This document shows, piece after piece, positions 49,979 through 59,362 of a stretch of DNA of 64,000 nt (position 1 is the first letter of the stretch; each line of letters opens with the position of its first letter). A program made the position numbers and the translations under genes. The notes beneath the pieces are model-generated. The model had not been told where the DNA came from and made no database searches. It worked only from the letters and a program-made list of their open reading frames with translations. The stretch comes from Holophagales bacterium. Lineage in GTDB: Bacteria; Acidobacteriota; Thermoanaerobaculia; Multivoradales; Multivoraceae. The stretch covers positions 88,705-152,704 of the forward strand of contig VXUF01000054.1 of NCBI GenBank assembly GCA_009837085.1, in the 5' to 3' direction.

Positions 49979-51996
49979 CGAAGCCCATCCGCCTCAGCGG
50001 CGTCGCCCTCATCATCGCGCTCCTCGTGCCTCTCGCAACCACCGGTCTCCACGCGCAGGAAGCGGCTGCGCCCAGGCTGATCCCCGTACCCGAAGTCGAC
50101 CTGCGCGGTGTCGACGGGGCCGTGCGCGACCAGATCGACCAGCAGCGCGAACTGCTCGAGGCGGCGCTCGCCCAGGGGACGCCGACCGGCGACGACGCCG
50201 AACAGTTGGGACTCCTGTTCGGCGACGCGGGCCAGCTCTACCTCGTCTACGACCTTCTGCCGGCCGCGCGAGCGTGCCTGACCAATGCCGCGGAGCTGCA
50301 GCCTCGGAGTTTCCGCTGGCGCTATCTCCTGGGCAGCGCCGCGGAACACCTGGGAGAACTTGAGGAGGCGGTCGAGGCCTATGACCTGGCCAGGACGCTC
50401 CGTCCCGACGACCCCGCGACGGCGGTCCGCCTCGGGCGCGTGCATCTCGAACTGGGACGGCACGAGGAGGCTCGGGGCCACTATCAGCGGGCCATCGCCC
50501 TGCCCGGTTCCACGGCTGCGGCTCACTTCGGTCTCGGCCGCGTCGCCTTCGAGACGGACGACCCGACCACGGCGCTCCAGCACTTCCAGACGGCGCTGCG
50601 GGAGCAGCCCCGGGCCGATTCGCTCCACTACCACATCGCCCTTGCCCACCGCGCACTCGGCGATGACGCGGCGATGCGCGCCGCGATGGAGCTCCGGGGT
50701 GAAGCCCCGGTCGCTTTCGCCGATCCGATCGCCGCGGAGATCAAGGAGTCGGCGACTGGCATCGGAGCCCAGTTGCTGCTCGGGCGCGTCGCGCTGGCAG
50801 CCAACGCGTTCGAGATCGCGGAGGAGCGGTTCCGGGAGGCGGTCCGCGACTACCCCGACAGCACCGCGGCAAAGAGATCCCTGGCGGCGGCGCTGGAGGG
50901 CATGGGCCGGCGGGCAGAAGCGGCCATGTGGTACCAGGAGGCCCTGAACCTGAGCCCCAACGACGTCGGGCTGCTGTTCCAGACCGGGCTGCTCTACAAC
51001 AGCGAGGGGCGCTACCAGGCGGCGGCCGAGCGGCTCCGGCGCGCGGTCGAGATCGAACCCTCATTCGGGCCGGCGTGGGTGGAGCTGGCAAGGAGCCTCG
51101 GCGAGACCGGCGACCACCTGGAAGCCGCGGAAGCCCTGACCCGCGCGCTCGAACTGGCCCCTGACGATCGCAACCTGCGATTCCACCGCGCAAGCAACTA
51201 CCGGCTTGGCGGCCGCCGGGAACTCGCCCTCCGCGAGTTCGAGTCCCTGCTGGCGGACTTCGGATTCGATCGCGAGATCCTGCTGCTGCTAGGGCGAATC
51301 GAGCAGGGACTCGGCCGACCGGCCTCCGCCGCACGCCGCTTCGAGCAACTGGTGGAAGCGGGAGCCGACCCGCCCCTGTTGAGCCAGGCCCACTTCGAAC
51401 TCGGCAACATCCGCACCCAGCAGGAACGCTACGAGGAAGCGATCCCCCATTACCAGCGGGCGATCGCGGCCAACCCGACGCTGAAGGAGGCGTACTTCAA
51501 TCTGGGCACCGCGCTCGGCCGGCTGGGCCAGTTCACCGAAGCCGCCCTCGCCGCCCGACGCGCGCTCCAACTCGACCCCGGCGACAGCCGGGCCCGCGCG
51601 GCCGAGGTAACCGCCCTGCTGCTCGCCGGCGAAGACGCCCGGGTTCGCCTGATGCTGGAACAGACTCTCGAACTACCCGACCAGGGTGGCAGCGGCTTCT
51701 TTGCGCTGCTCCTCGCCGAAGTCCTCGCCGCCTCCGAGGACGACTCCGTCCGGGACGGAACGATGGCCCTGAACCTGGCCACCGACCTGTTCCAGCGCGC
51801 CCAGACCCCGGCCCACGGCGCCGTCGTCGCCCTGGCCTATGCCGAGACCGGCGACTTCGAACAGGCCATCGCCTGGCAGCAACGGCTCATCGAGAACCTG
51901 GACCGCGCCGGCGCGACGGAAGCGCTGCCGGATGCCCGGGAGCGGCTCGCCGCGTACCAGGCCGGGCGACCGGTCCGGGCGCCCTGGCGGCGCTGA
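49975..51996 (+). CDS. Secreted tetratricopeptide (TPR) repeat protein
   Basis: ATGA overlap. Signal peptide. At least 10 TPR units across the length. Confidence 0.82.
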   Translation: MTKPIRLSGVALIIALLVPLATTGLHAQEAAAPRLIPVPEVDLRGVDGAVRDQIDQQRELLEAALAQGTPTGDDAEQLGLLFGDAGQLYLVYDLLPAARACLTNAAELQPRSFRWRYLLGSAAEHLGELEEAVEAYDLARTLRPDDPATAVRLGRVHLELGRHEEARGHYQRAIALPGSTAAAHFGLGRVAFETDDPTTALQHFQTALREQPRADSLHYHIALAHRALGDDAAMRAAMELRGEAPVAFADPIAAEIKESATGIGAQLLLGRVALAANAFEIAEERFREAVRDYPDSTAAKRSLAAALEGMGRRAEAAMWYQEALNLSPNDVGLLFQTGLLYNSEGRYQAAAERLRRAVEIEPSFGPAWVELARSLGETGDHLEAAEALTRALELAPDDRNLRFHRASNYRLGGRRELALREFESLLADFGFDREILLLLGRIEQGLGRPASAARRFEQLVEAGADPPLLSQAHFELGNIRTQQERYEEAIPHYQRAIAANPTLKEAYFNLGTALGRLGQFTEAALAARRALQLDPGDSRARAAEVTALLLAGEDARVRLMLEQTLELPDQGGSGFFALLLAEVLAASEDDSVRDGTMALNLATDLFQRAQTPAHGAVVALAYAETGDFEQAIAWQQRLIENLDRAGATEALPDARERLAAYQAGRPVRAPWRR

Positions 51997-52005
51997 CGCG
52001 CTGCG

Positions 52006-52064
52006 GCGTGACGGCCGTGGCGTGACGGCGGTGGCGTAACGGCACTGCCGCCGTGCGGCGGCGG
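52006..52064. repeat. Three tandem 14-nt direct repeats (GGCGTGACGGCnGT), followed by a GC hairpin (GCCGCCG-TG-CGGCGGC)
   Basis: Read directly: ggcgtgacggccgt / ggcgtgacggcggt / ggcgtaacggcact, then ccgccgtgcggcggcgg. Lies just 3' of the TPR gene stop. Confidence 0.6.
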
Positions 52065-52084
52065 TGGTTGCTGCCGCCTCGGCT

Positions 52085-52258
52085 GGACGGACCGAAGGGA
52101 AGGAGTCCCAGCGGACGCTCACGCTTGTTTGGCCCAAGGGAAGTCTGCGCTCGCTTCGGTCGGCTGCGTTCCGCTTCGGCGTTGGTTTCGGTCAGGTTGG
52201 AGGAAGTCACTTGCCTCCAGCCCGCTGGGACCCCTTCCCTTCGGTCCTTGCCGAGGCT
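52085..52258. repeat. MITE-like / structured element with about 26-bp terminal inverted repeats (GGACCGAAGGGAAGGrGTCCCAGCGG) flanking about 110 nt that contain internal hairpins
   Basis: The arms at about 52088-52113 and 52223-52248 are reverse complements with 1 mismatch. Internal hairpins GGAGGaagtcacttgCCTCC and TTGGcCCAA. Confidence 0.6.
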
Positions 52259-52320
52259 GGGCGCTCTCGGCCTGGCGGGAGGCCCCGCGGAGTGTGTCGG
52301 TGCGCCGGCCGTTCCGAGTG

Positions 52321-53160
52321 TCACTCTGCTGCCGGCTCGTACCGTCCCGGCGTGCTCTCCGTCACCTTGCCCTCCTCGACCAACGCATCCAGGTGCGCCC
52401 GTAGCGAGAAGGCGGCGGGGCCGTGGAGCTTGGGGTCGACGTCGGTGTAGATGCGTTCGACCATCTCGGGAATGGTGGCCACGCCGGCGGCGATCGCTTC
52501 GAGGGCCTGGTCGGTGCGCTGCTGGCGGTGACGGTGGATCTCGCGGATCCGGTCGAGCGGGGGTTTGATCGACTCGCCGTGGCCCGGGTGCAGGATGTCG
52601 ATGCCGGCGGCATCGCCGAGTTCGAGGAGCCGTTCTAGCGAGGCCATGTACTGGTTCAGGTTGCCGTCCGGCGGGGCGATGATCGAGGTCGACCAGCCCA
52701 TCACCAGGTCGGCGGTGAAGACGGCCCGCTCTTCCTCCAGCAGGAAGCAGAGGTGGTCGCTGGCGTGGCCCGGGGTGTGGAGGGCCACCAGGGTCGTGCC
52801 GCCGGCCGCGAGCCGGGAGCCGTCCTCCAGACGCGGGCCGGCGGTAAACGGCGGCTGTTCGCTGAAGGCGCGGACCTCGGCGCCTGTGTACTCGGCGACC
52901 CGGGGCGCCAGGGGCCAATGATCCCGGTGCGTGTGGCTGATCAGCACCGCCGCCACTTCGCGGTCGCCGACAGCGCCCAGGATGGCCTCGAAGTGGGCGT
53001 CGTCCTCCTCCCCGGGGTCCAGCACGAAGGCCGGGCCGCCGGCCCCGCCGATGACGAAGGTGTTCGTGCCCGGACCGGTGAACATGCCCGGGTTGTCCTG
53101 GGTGACGCGCAGCACGCGTTCGGACAGCCGCACCGGCGTGCCCTTGAGGAGGGTGTTCAA
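52321..53160 (-). CDS. MBL-fold metallo-hydrolase
   Basis: HxHxDH motif (ISHTHRDHW) and downstream His/Asp ligands. A TTG start at 53160 is inferred (12 nt after the NUDIX stop). The longer ORF to 53418 would overlap the NUDIX gene. Confidence 0.75.
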   Translation of the reverse strand: MNTLLKGTPVRLSERVLRVTQDNPGMFTGPGTNTFVIGGAGGPAFVLDPGEEDDAHFEAILGAVGDREVAAVLISHTHRDHWPLAPRVAEYTGAEVRAFSEQPPFTAGPRLEDGSRLAAGGTTLVALHTPGHASDHLCFLLEEERAVFTADLVMGWSTSIIAPPDGNLNQYMASLERLLELGDAAGIDILHPGHGESIKPPLDRIREIHRHRQQRTDQALEAIAAGVATIPEMVERIYTDVDPKLHGPAAFSLRAHLDALVEEGKVTESTPGRYEPAAE

Positions 53161-53171
53161 TGCCGGGCGCC

Positions 53172-54038
53172 CTAGCGGCTGAACGCCCGCTGCCAGTCCT
53201 TGACGTTCGCCGCGGAGGGGCGCATGGCGGCTTCCTCGTAGCCCTCGTCGCCGGGCAGCACGGGCCGCGCGGACTCGTCTGGGGTTCTGCCCATCAGTAC
53301 GCGGGGCTGCATAACGGGGAAGCTCTCCTGCGCATCGACCGCGGCGATGGCGGCGTCCGCGGACTCGAACCGGGAGAGCTTCTGCAGGTTGCGGATGGTG
53401 GGAAAGATGATCATCCACTCCTTGCGGCGCCCGCGCTCGAGCGCTTCCCCGGCGGTGACCCAGGCGGAACTGGTCAGTTCGTGGTCGTCGTGGGCGGCGG
53501 TCTGGTTCTGAGGCGCCCGCGTGACGAAGAAGCGGGTGTCGTAACGCCTCGGCTGCCCCTCGGGGGTGATCCAGTGCGCCCAGTAGCTAATGCGGTCCGT
53601 GGCAAGGGTCAACCGCTCGGCGGCGGCGATGTCGAGCAGGGACCGTTCGCCGGCGTTCAGCTCGGCTCGCAGACGTTCGAAATGCTCCTCGACCGCCCGG
53701 TCCGAGAAATCGAGGATCTGTCCGTCACGGTCGTAGGCCATGAGTACGCCGGCCTCCTCGAAGCACTCGCGGATCGCGGCGACGTAGAAGGTCAGGCCGC
53801 CCTCTTCGAGCGCGAGCCGGGCGCTGGCCTCGTGGTCGGTGAGGCCGTGGCACAGCGACTCGTCGACCCGGTCTTCGGGATCGACGCGGCCACCCGGGAA
53901 GACGTACGCACCCCCGACGAAGTCGGACTGGATGTGGCGGCGTTCCATGAACACCTCCACCCCGCGGTCGCTGTCCCGCAAAAGGAGGACGGTCGAGGCG
54001 TGCCGAGCCACCACCGGCGACGTCGCCTGATCAGCCAT
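53172..54038 (-). CDS. NUDIX hydrolase
   Basis: Nudix box (GGRVDPED...REcFEEAGV). 8-nt overlap with the upstream dipeptidase gene. Confidence 0.85.
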   Translation of the reverse strand: MADQATSPVVARHASTVLLLRDSDRGVEVFMERRHIQSDFVGGAYVFPGGRVDPEDRVDESLCHGLTDHEASARLALEEGGLTFYVAAIRECFEEAGVLMAYDRDGQILDFSDRAVEEHFERLRAELNAGERSLLDIAAAERLTLATDRISYWAHWITPEGQPRRYDTRFFVTRAPQNQTAAHDDHELTSSAWVTAGEALERGRRKEWMIIFPTIRNLQKLSRFESADAAIAAVDAQESFPVMQPRVLMGRTPDESARPVLPGDEGYEEAAMRPSAANVKDWQRAFSR

Positions 54039-55317
54039 TCTCGCCGTCCAGTTCCTCGATCAGGTCGTCGGCCGGCGGTTCCGTGGCCCGCAGGCGCCGG
54101 GCCGTGGCCTCTGCGGCGCGCATGGCGCGCAGGAAGCTGCGCCCCGCGATGTCCTTCAGTTCGTCGTCGCTGTAGCCCCGCCGAACCAGTTCGACGAACA
54201 GATCGGGAAACGTCGAGGCGTCCTCGAGGCCGACCGGCACGGTCGGGATGCCGTCGTAGTCGGAGCCGATCCCCAGATGCGCGGTGCCGATCAGGTCGCG
54301 GATGTGGTCGATGTGGTCGGCCACGTCGCTGAGAGATGCCTGGGCTCCAGGGTTCTCGCTTCGCCAGGCCGTCAGCCGCCTGCGGATCTCCTCCTGCGCC
54401 GTGCCCGCGGTCATCAGGCGACGGCGTTCGGCATCCAGGCGCTGAAAGGACTCCCGCACGTTCTCGTTGACGAAAGACGGCACGAAAGTGACCATGATCA
54501 CGCCGCCGTTTTCGGCCAGCCGCCGCAGGACGTCGTCGGGCACGTTGCGAGGACTGGCGGTGACCGCGAACGCCGAGGAGTGGGAGAAGATGACGGGCGC
54601 TTCGGACTCGTCGAGCACATGGTGCATCGTCTGCGGCGAAACGTGGGACAGGTCCACCAGCATGCCGAGCCGGTTCATCTCGCGAATCACCCGCCGGCCG
54701 AACGCCGTCAACCCGCCGTGCGCCGGCTGGTCGGTCGCCGAGTCTGCCCAGGCGACGTTGCTGTTGTGGGTCAGCGTCATGTAGCGGACGCCGACCTCGT
54801 AGAGCTGGCGCAGGACTCCGAGGGACGACTCGATCGAGTGGCCGCCCTCGGCGCCGAGCAGGGACGCGATCCTGCCCGCGCCGTGGACGCGCTCGATGTC
54901 GTCCGCGCTGAGGGCCAGCTCCAGGTCGTCCGGATAGCGCTCGATCAGCCGCCTGGTCAGGTCGACCTGCTCGAACACGACCCGGGCCGCGCCGGCTCCG
55001 GTGTAGGAGGTCGGGATGTAGACCGACCAGAACTGGGCGCCCACTCCGCCCTGCTTCAGGCGCCGCAGGTCGGTGTGCATCGGCGGCTCGACCGCCGTGG
55101 TGTCCCGGAAGTCGATCTTGTCGAGGTGATTGGCCACACGCGTGCGGTACTGCCAGGGCACGTCGTTGTGTCCGTCGACGAGCGGCACTTGCCGGAGCAG
55201 CTCGAGTACGTGCTCCCGGCTGGCGCGGTCCTCCTGGGCGTCGGTCACGGGCGGTGAACCATAGCTCACCGCCGCGGCCACGACGGCGCCGAGAACAGCG
55301 CCGGTTGGTCTTCTCAT
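54031..55317 (-). CDS. Membrane dipeptidase (peptidase family M19), secreted
   Basis: M19 pattern (VDGHNDVPW...DLSH...HSSAF...GSDYDG). ATG at 55317 with GGAGGAGG upstream. Signal peptide. Confidence 0.88.
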   Translation of the reverse strand: MRRPTGAVLGAVVAAAVSYGSPPVTDAQEDRASREHVLELLRQVPLVDGHNDVPWQYRTRVANHLDKIDFRDTTAVEPPMHTDLRRLKQGGVGAQFWSVYIPTSYTGAGAARVVFEQVDLTRRLIERYPDDLELALSADDIERVHGAGRIASLLGAEGGHSIESSLGVLRQLYEVGVRYMTLTHNSNVAWADSATDQPAHGGLTAFGRRVIREMNRLGMLVDLSHVSPQTMHHVLDESEAPVIFSHSSAFAVTASPRNVPDDVLRRLAENGGVIMVTFVPSFVNENVRESFQRLDAERRRLMTAGTAQEEIRRRLTAWRSENPGAQASLSDVADHIDHIRDLIGTAHLGIGSDYDGIPTVPVGLEDASTFPDLFVELVRRGYSDDELKDIAGRSFLRAMRAAEATARRLRATEPPADDLIEELDGENG

Positions 55318-55379
55318 GCTGGTTCCTCCTCCCCGAAGCACGCGATTGTAGGGGAACCGGCTACGAATAGGATCACCCG

Positions 55380-56138
55380 GTGCAGGACTGCTGGGCAAGG
55401 ACGATCGGCATCGTCGGTCTTGGCAGTTTCGGTCGCTTTCTGGTCCGGCACCTGCGCACCCGGTTCGACCTGCAGGTCTGGGATCGCCGTGACCTGAGCA
55501 CGGAAGCCGCCGCACTCGGCGCGCGCTGGACGGACCTCGAAGGCTGCGCCGGCTGCGACATCGTGATCCCGGCGGTCCCCGTTCAGGATCTCGACGGACT
55601 CGTCGTCGACCTGGCCCCGCGCCTCGCACCGGGCGCGCTGGTCGTCGACGTCGCCTCGGTCAAGGTGAAGCCGCTCCGGATCCTGGAGCAACGCCTGCCC
55701 AGGCAGGTCCAGTTCCTCGGCACCCACCCGATGTTCGGACCCCAGAGCGGTCGCGGCGGGATTCGCGGTTTGAAGGTCGTGCTCTGCCTCCCCGAGCGCC
55801 CGGTCGACAACGAACGGGTGCAGGCGGTGAGAGCCTTCCTGGAGTCGGACCTGGAGCTCCAGGTGCTCGAGATGTCAGCGGAGGAGCACGACTCGGAGAT
55901 GGCCTACATCCAGGGCCTCACCCACTGGATGGCCAAGGCGCTCAGGGAGATTCACGTCCCGGACCCGGCCCTCGGCACGGTCGCCTACCGGCACATGATG
56001 AAGATCGAGGAGAACCTCCGCGACGACTCGGACGATCTGTTCCTGACCATCGCCCGGGAGAACCCCTTCGCCGCCGAGGCCCGCCGGGAACTCCGCGAGA
56101 GGCTGCGGGAGATCGAAGAGGCGATCGAAGGGGACTAG
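55380..56138 (+). CDS. tyrA: Prephenate/arogenate dehydrogenase
   Basis: Rossmann GIVGLGSFG and TyrA core (GTHPMFGP...). Confidence 0.85.
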   Translation: MQDCWARTIGIVGLGSFGRFLVRHLRTRFDLQVWDRRDLSTEAAALGARWTDLEGCAGCDIVIPAVPVQDLDGLVVDLAPRLAPGALVVDVASVKVKPLRILEQRLPRQVQFLGTHPMFGPQSGRGGIRGLKVVLCLPERPVDNERVQAVRAFLESDLELQVLEMSAEEHDSEMAYIQGLTHWMAKALREIHVPDPALGTVAYRHMMKIEENLRDDSDDLFLTIARENPFAAEARRELRERLREIEEAIEGD

Positions 56139-56226
56139 CGCGGCAGAAGGTCCAGAAACCGGCGCTTTGCGCCGGATGCCGGCGGGGACGCCGACGCACC
56201 CAGTTTCTGCCGCGCAAGGCCCCTGA
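56139..56226. repeat. Structured intergenic element, copy B: 11-bp terminal inverted repeat GCGCGGCAGAA/TTCTGCCGCGC enclosing hairpin CCGGCGC-TTT-GCGCCGG and the core GCCGGCGGGGACGCCGACGCACCCAGTTT
   Basis: Lies between the convergent stops of tyrA and livF. Shares its core with copy A (5090-5169) and its 5' motif with copy C (33169-33190). Confidence 0.65.
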
Positions 56227-57021
<795 letters not shown>

Positions 57022-57037
57022 GGCGTTCGGGCCTGCC

Positions 57038-58237
57038 CTACTCGGCCGCCCCCAGGGTGGAGGCCATCCGCATCTCGGTCACGGGCTGGAACTTGCCTTC
57101 CCTGATCTCGAAGATCCTCATGCCCTTGATGCCGCGATGGTCGGTGGACGTGAAAGTGACCGGCGCGGTCACACCGCCGGTGTCCCAGCCGTCGAAGGTC
57201 TCGAAGGCAGCGAAGATGGAATCGCCGGTCACTTCGCCGGCAGCGGCCGCGCGTTCGATCGCCTCGGTCACCAGACTGGCGACCGCCCAGCCCTGGCCGT
57301 AGAGCAAACCCTCCTCGTCGATCGACCCGCCCTTGGACGCGAGGTACTCGGCCGCTTCGTTCAGGCCGTCGATCCCCTCGCCCGGCGGCGAGTAGATGAT
57401 CGAAGCCAGAACACCTTCCGCGGCGTCGCCCGCCAGATCCAGCAGCACCTCGTTGCTGCAGTAGTTCAGGCAGGCGAAGCGCAGGTCCAGGCCCAGGTCC
57501 CGCGCGTTCTTGACGGCAATGGAAACCGGTCCCGACGTGTTCTGGAACACGACCGTGTTGGCGCCGGATTCGGCGATCCGGGTCAGCGTGGCGCTGAAGT
57601 CCGTGTTGCCCCGCGCCATCTCGTGCGGCGCCATCTCGATGCCGCGCTCCTTCGCGTAGTCCTCGCCTCCCTGGCGCCACGGCGAGAGGCCGAACGGACT
57701 CGGGTGGTGCATCAGCGCGACGTTCGGCATCTCGCCTCCCGAGGCTTCCGCCTCTTCGATCAGGTAGTCGAGCAGGATGAAGAGCTGGTCGCTGTAGGTC
57801 GTGCCGACGAGGAAGTTGAAGGGGGCCTCGGACGGATCTCCCAGTACGTGGGAGAAGGATGCCGAGACGAAGGGAATGCGGTCGGCCGCGATCCGGCCGC
57901 GCAGGGCTTCGGTGTCGCCGGTGCCCCAGCCCATGAACATGACCGCTCCGGCCTGGACGTACTCGGAGTAGAGCTGCTCGGCCTTCGCCACGTCGTAGCC
58001 GTAGTCGTTCCACAGCAGGTCGACCTCGCGGCCGGCGATGCCGCCGAGTTCGTTCAGGCGGTCGTAGTAGTCGCGGATCGCCTCGGCGTACAGGGTGCCC
58101 ACGTCCGAGGTCGCGCCGGTCAGGTCGAAGATCGCACCGATCGTGATCGGTGCATCCGCTTCCGAAACCGGGTCGCCGCCTCCGCAGGCGGTGAGAAGCA
58201 ACAGAGCTACAGCAGCAAGGCAAACGAGACGGTTCAT
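57038..58237 (-). CDS. livK: Branched-chain amino acid ABC transporter substrate-binding lipoprotein
   Basis: Lipobox LLLTAC. Peripla_BP_6 pattern. ATG at 58237 with AGGAG upstream. Confidence 0.88.
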   Translation of the reverse strand: MNRLVCLAAVALLLLTACGGGDPVSEADAPITIGAIFDLTGATSDVGTLYAEAIRDYYDRLNELGGIAGREVDLLWNDYGYDVAKAEQLYSEYVQAGAVMFMGWGTGDTEALRGRIAADRIPFVSASFSHVLGDPSEAPFNFLVGTTYSDQLFILLDYLIEEAEASGGEMPNVALMHHPSPFGLSPWRQGGEDYAKERGIEMAPHEMARGNTDFSATLTRIAESGANTVVFQNTSGPVSIAVKNARDLGLDLRFACLNYCSNEVLLDLAGDAAEGVLASIIYSPPGEGIDGLNEAAEYLASKGGSIDEEGLLYGQGWAVASLVTEAIERAAAAGEVTGDSIFAAFETFDGWDTGGVTAPVTFTSTDHRGIKGMRIFEIREGKFQPVTEMRMASTLGAAE

Positions 58238-58315
58238 GTTGTGGTCTCCTGAAGGGGCATGACCGCCCCGGAACAGCCGGTCCGTAAGCAACGAATCATA
58301 CCGGCGCAAAGGCGC

Positions 58316-59359
58316 CTAGTACGAGAACGGCCAGACGCGGAAGTAGTCCTTCACGTTGCGCCAGAGTTTGGCGAGCCCTTCCGGTTCGAGCACCAGGAAC
58401 AGGATGATCACGAGTCCGAAGACGCCCTGCTGCACATACGGCAGGACCGTGGCCGCCCAGGGCGCCGTGTCCTGCAGCGAGCGCCCCAGGGTATTGATCA
58501 TCGCCGGCAGGAGCACGATGAGCGACGCGCCGAAGAACGAACCCGAAATCGTCCCCAGTCCGCCGATGATGATCATCGCCAGGTAGGAGATCGAGACTTC
58601 GATCGTGAACCGCTCCCAGGTGACGATCGACCGGTAGTGGGCGAGCAGGGCGCCGGAGAGGCCGACCAGGAAGGACGAAGTGGCGAACGCGAGCAGCTTG
58701 TAGCCGAACACGTTGACGCCGATCGCCGAGGCCGCGATGTCCTGGTCCCGGATCGCCACCCAGGCGCGACCCACCCGCGAACGGAACAGGTTCGCGGCAA
58801 ACAGCGCGACGGCGAGCGCGACGATCACCAGGATCCAGTAGAACCGGCCGTCGGTGTTCATCCGGGCGCCGAACAGCTCGGGCGCCGGCACGACGAGCGC
58901 CTCCGTGCCGCCGGTGAGGCCGTCCCAGTGGGTGACCACGAACTCAACGATCTGCTGCGCCGCCAGCGTGGCGACGGCCAGGTAGAGGCCCTTGAGCCGC
59001 AGCGAAGGCAGACCGACCACCAGACCGGCAACGGCGGTGATCGCGGCCGCGGCTGGAATGCTCAGGTAGAAGGGAACGTCGAGCCGGACCGTCAGGAGGC
59101 CCGACCCATAGGCGCCGACCGCCATGAAGGCGCCCTGGCCGAGCGAGATCTGGCCCGTGTAGCCGACCAGGATGTTGAGTCCGATCGCGCCGATCGTGGC
59201 GATCGCGATCTGGTTGGCCAGATTGAGCCAGTACGGCGTGGCCAGGAACGGAAACACGACGAGGCCGGCCAGTAGCAGGCCCGTGCGCACCTTCTGCAAG
59301 GGCATGCGGCGCAGCGCCATGTCCGAGCGGTAGTCGCTGAAGAAGATTCCGGACTCCAT
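58316..59359 (-). CDS. livM: Branched-chain amino acid ABC transporter permease
   Basis: BPD_transp_2 polytopic permease. Confidence 0.9.
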   Translation of the reverse strand: MESGIFFSDYRSDMALRRMPLQKVRTGLLLAGLVVFPFLATPYWLNLANQIAIATIGAIGLNILVGYTGQISLGQGAFMAVGAYGSGLLTVRLDVPFYLSIPAAAAITAVAGLVVGLPSLRLKGLYLAVATLAAQQIVEFVVTHWDGLTGGTEALVVPAPELFGARMNTDGRFYWILVIVALAVALFAANLFRSRVGRAWVAIRDQDIAASAIGVNVFGYKLLAFATSSFLVGLSGALLAHYRSIVTWERFTIEVSISYLAMIIIGGLGTISGSFFGASLIVLLPAMINTLGRSLQDTAPWAATVLPYVQQGVFGLVIILFLVLEPEGLAKLWRNVKDYFRVWPFSY

Positions 59360-59362
59360 GCC

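Noticed and set aside
52150-52215. Possible SRP or RNase P RNA fragment (GGTCAGGTTGGAGGAAGTCAC resembles the SRP GUCAGGUCCGGAAGGAAGCAGC and RNase P GGAAAGUCCGG motifs)
   Set aside because: Only a short partial match. The GNRA tetraloop/GGAAGCAGC core of SRP RNA and the conserved ACAGAACCCGGCUUA of RNase P are absent. It is better explained as part of the inverted-repeat element.
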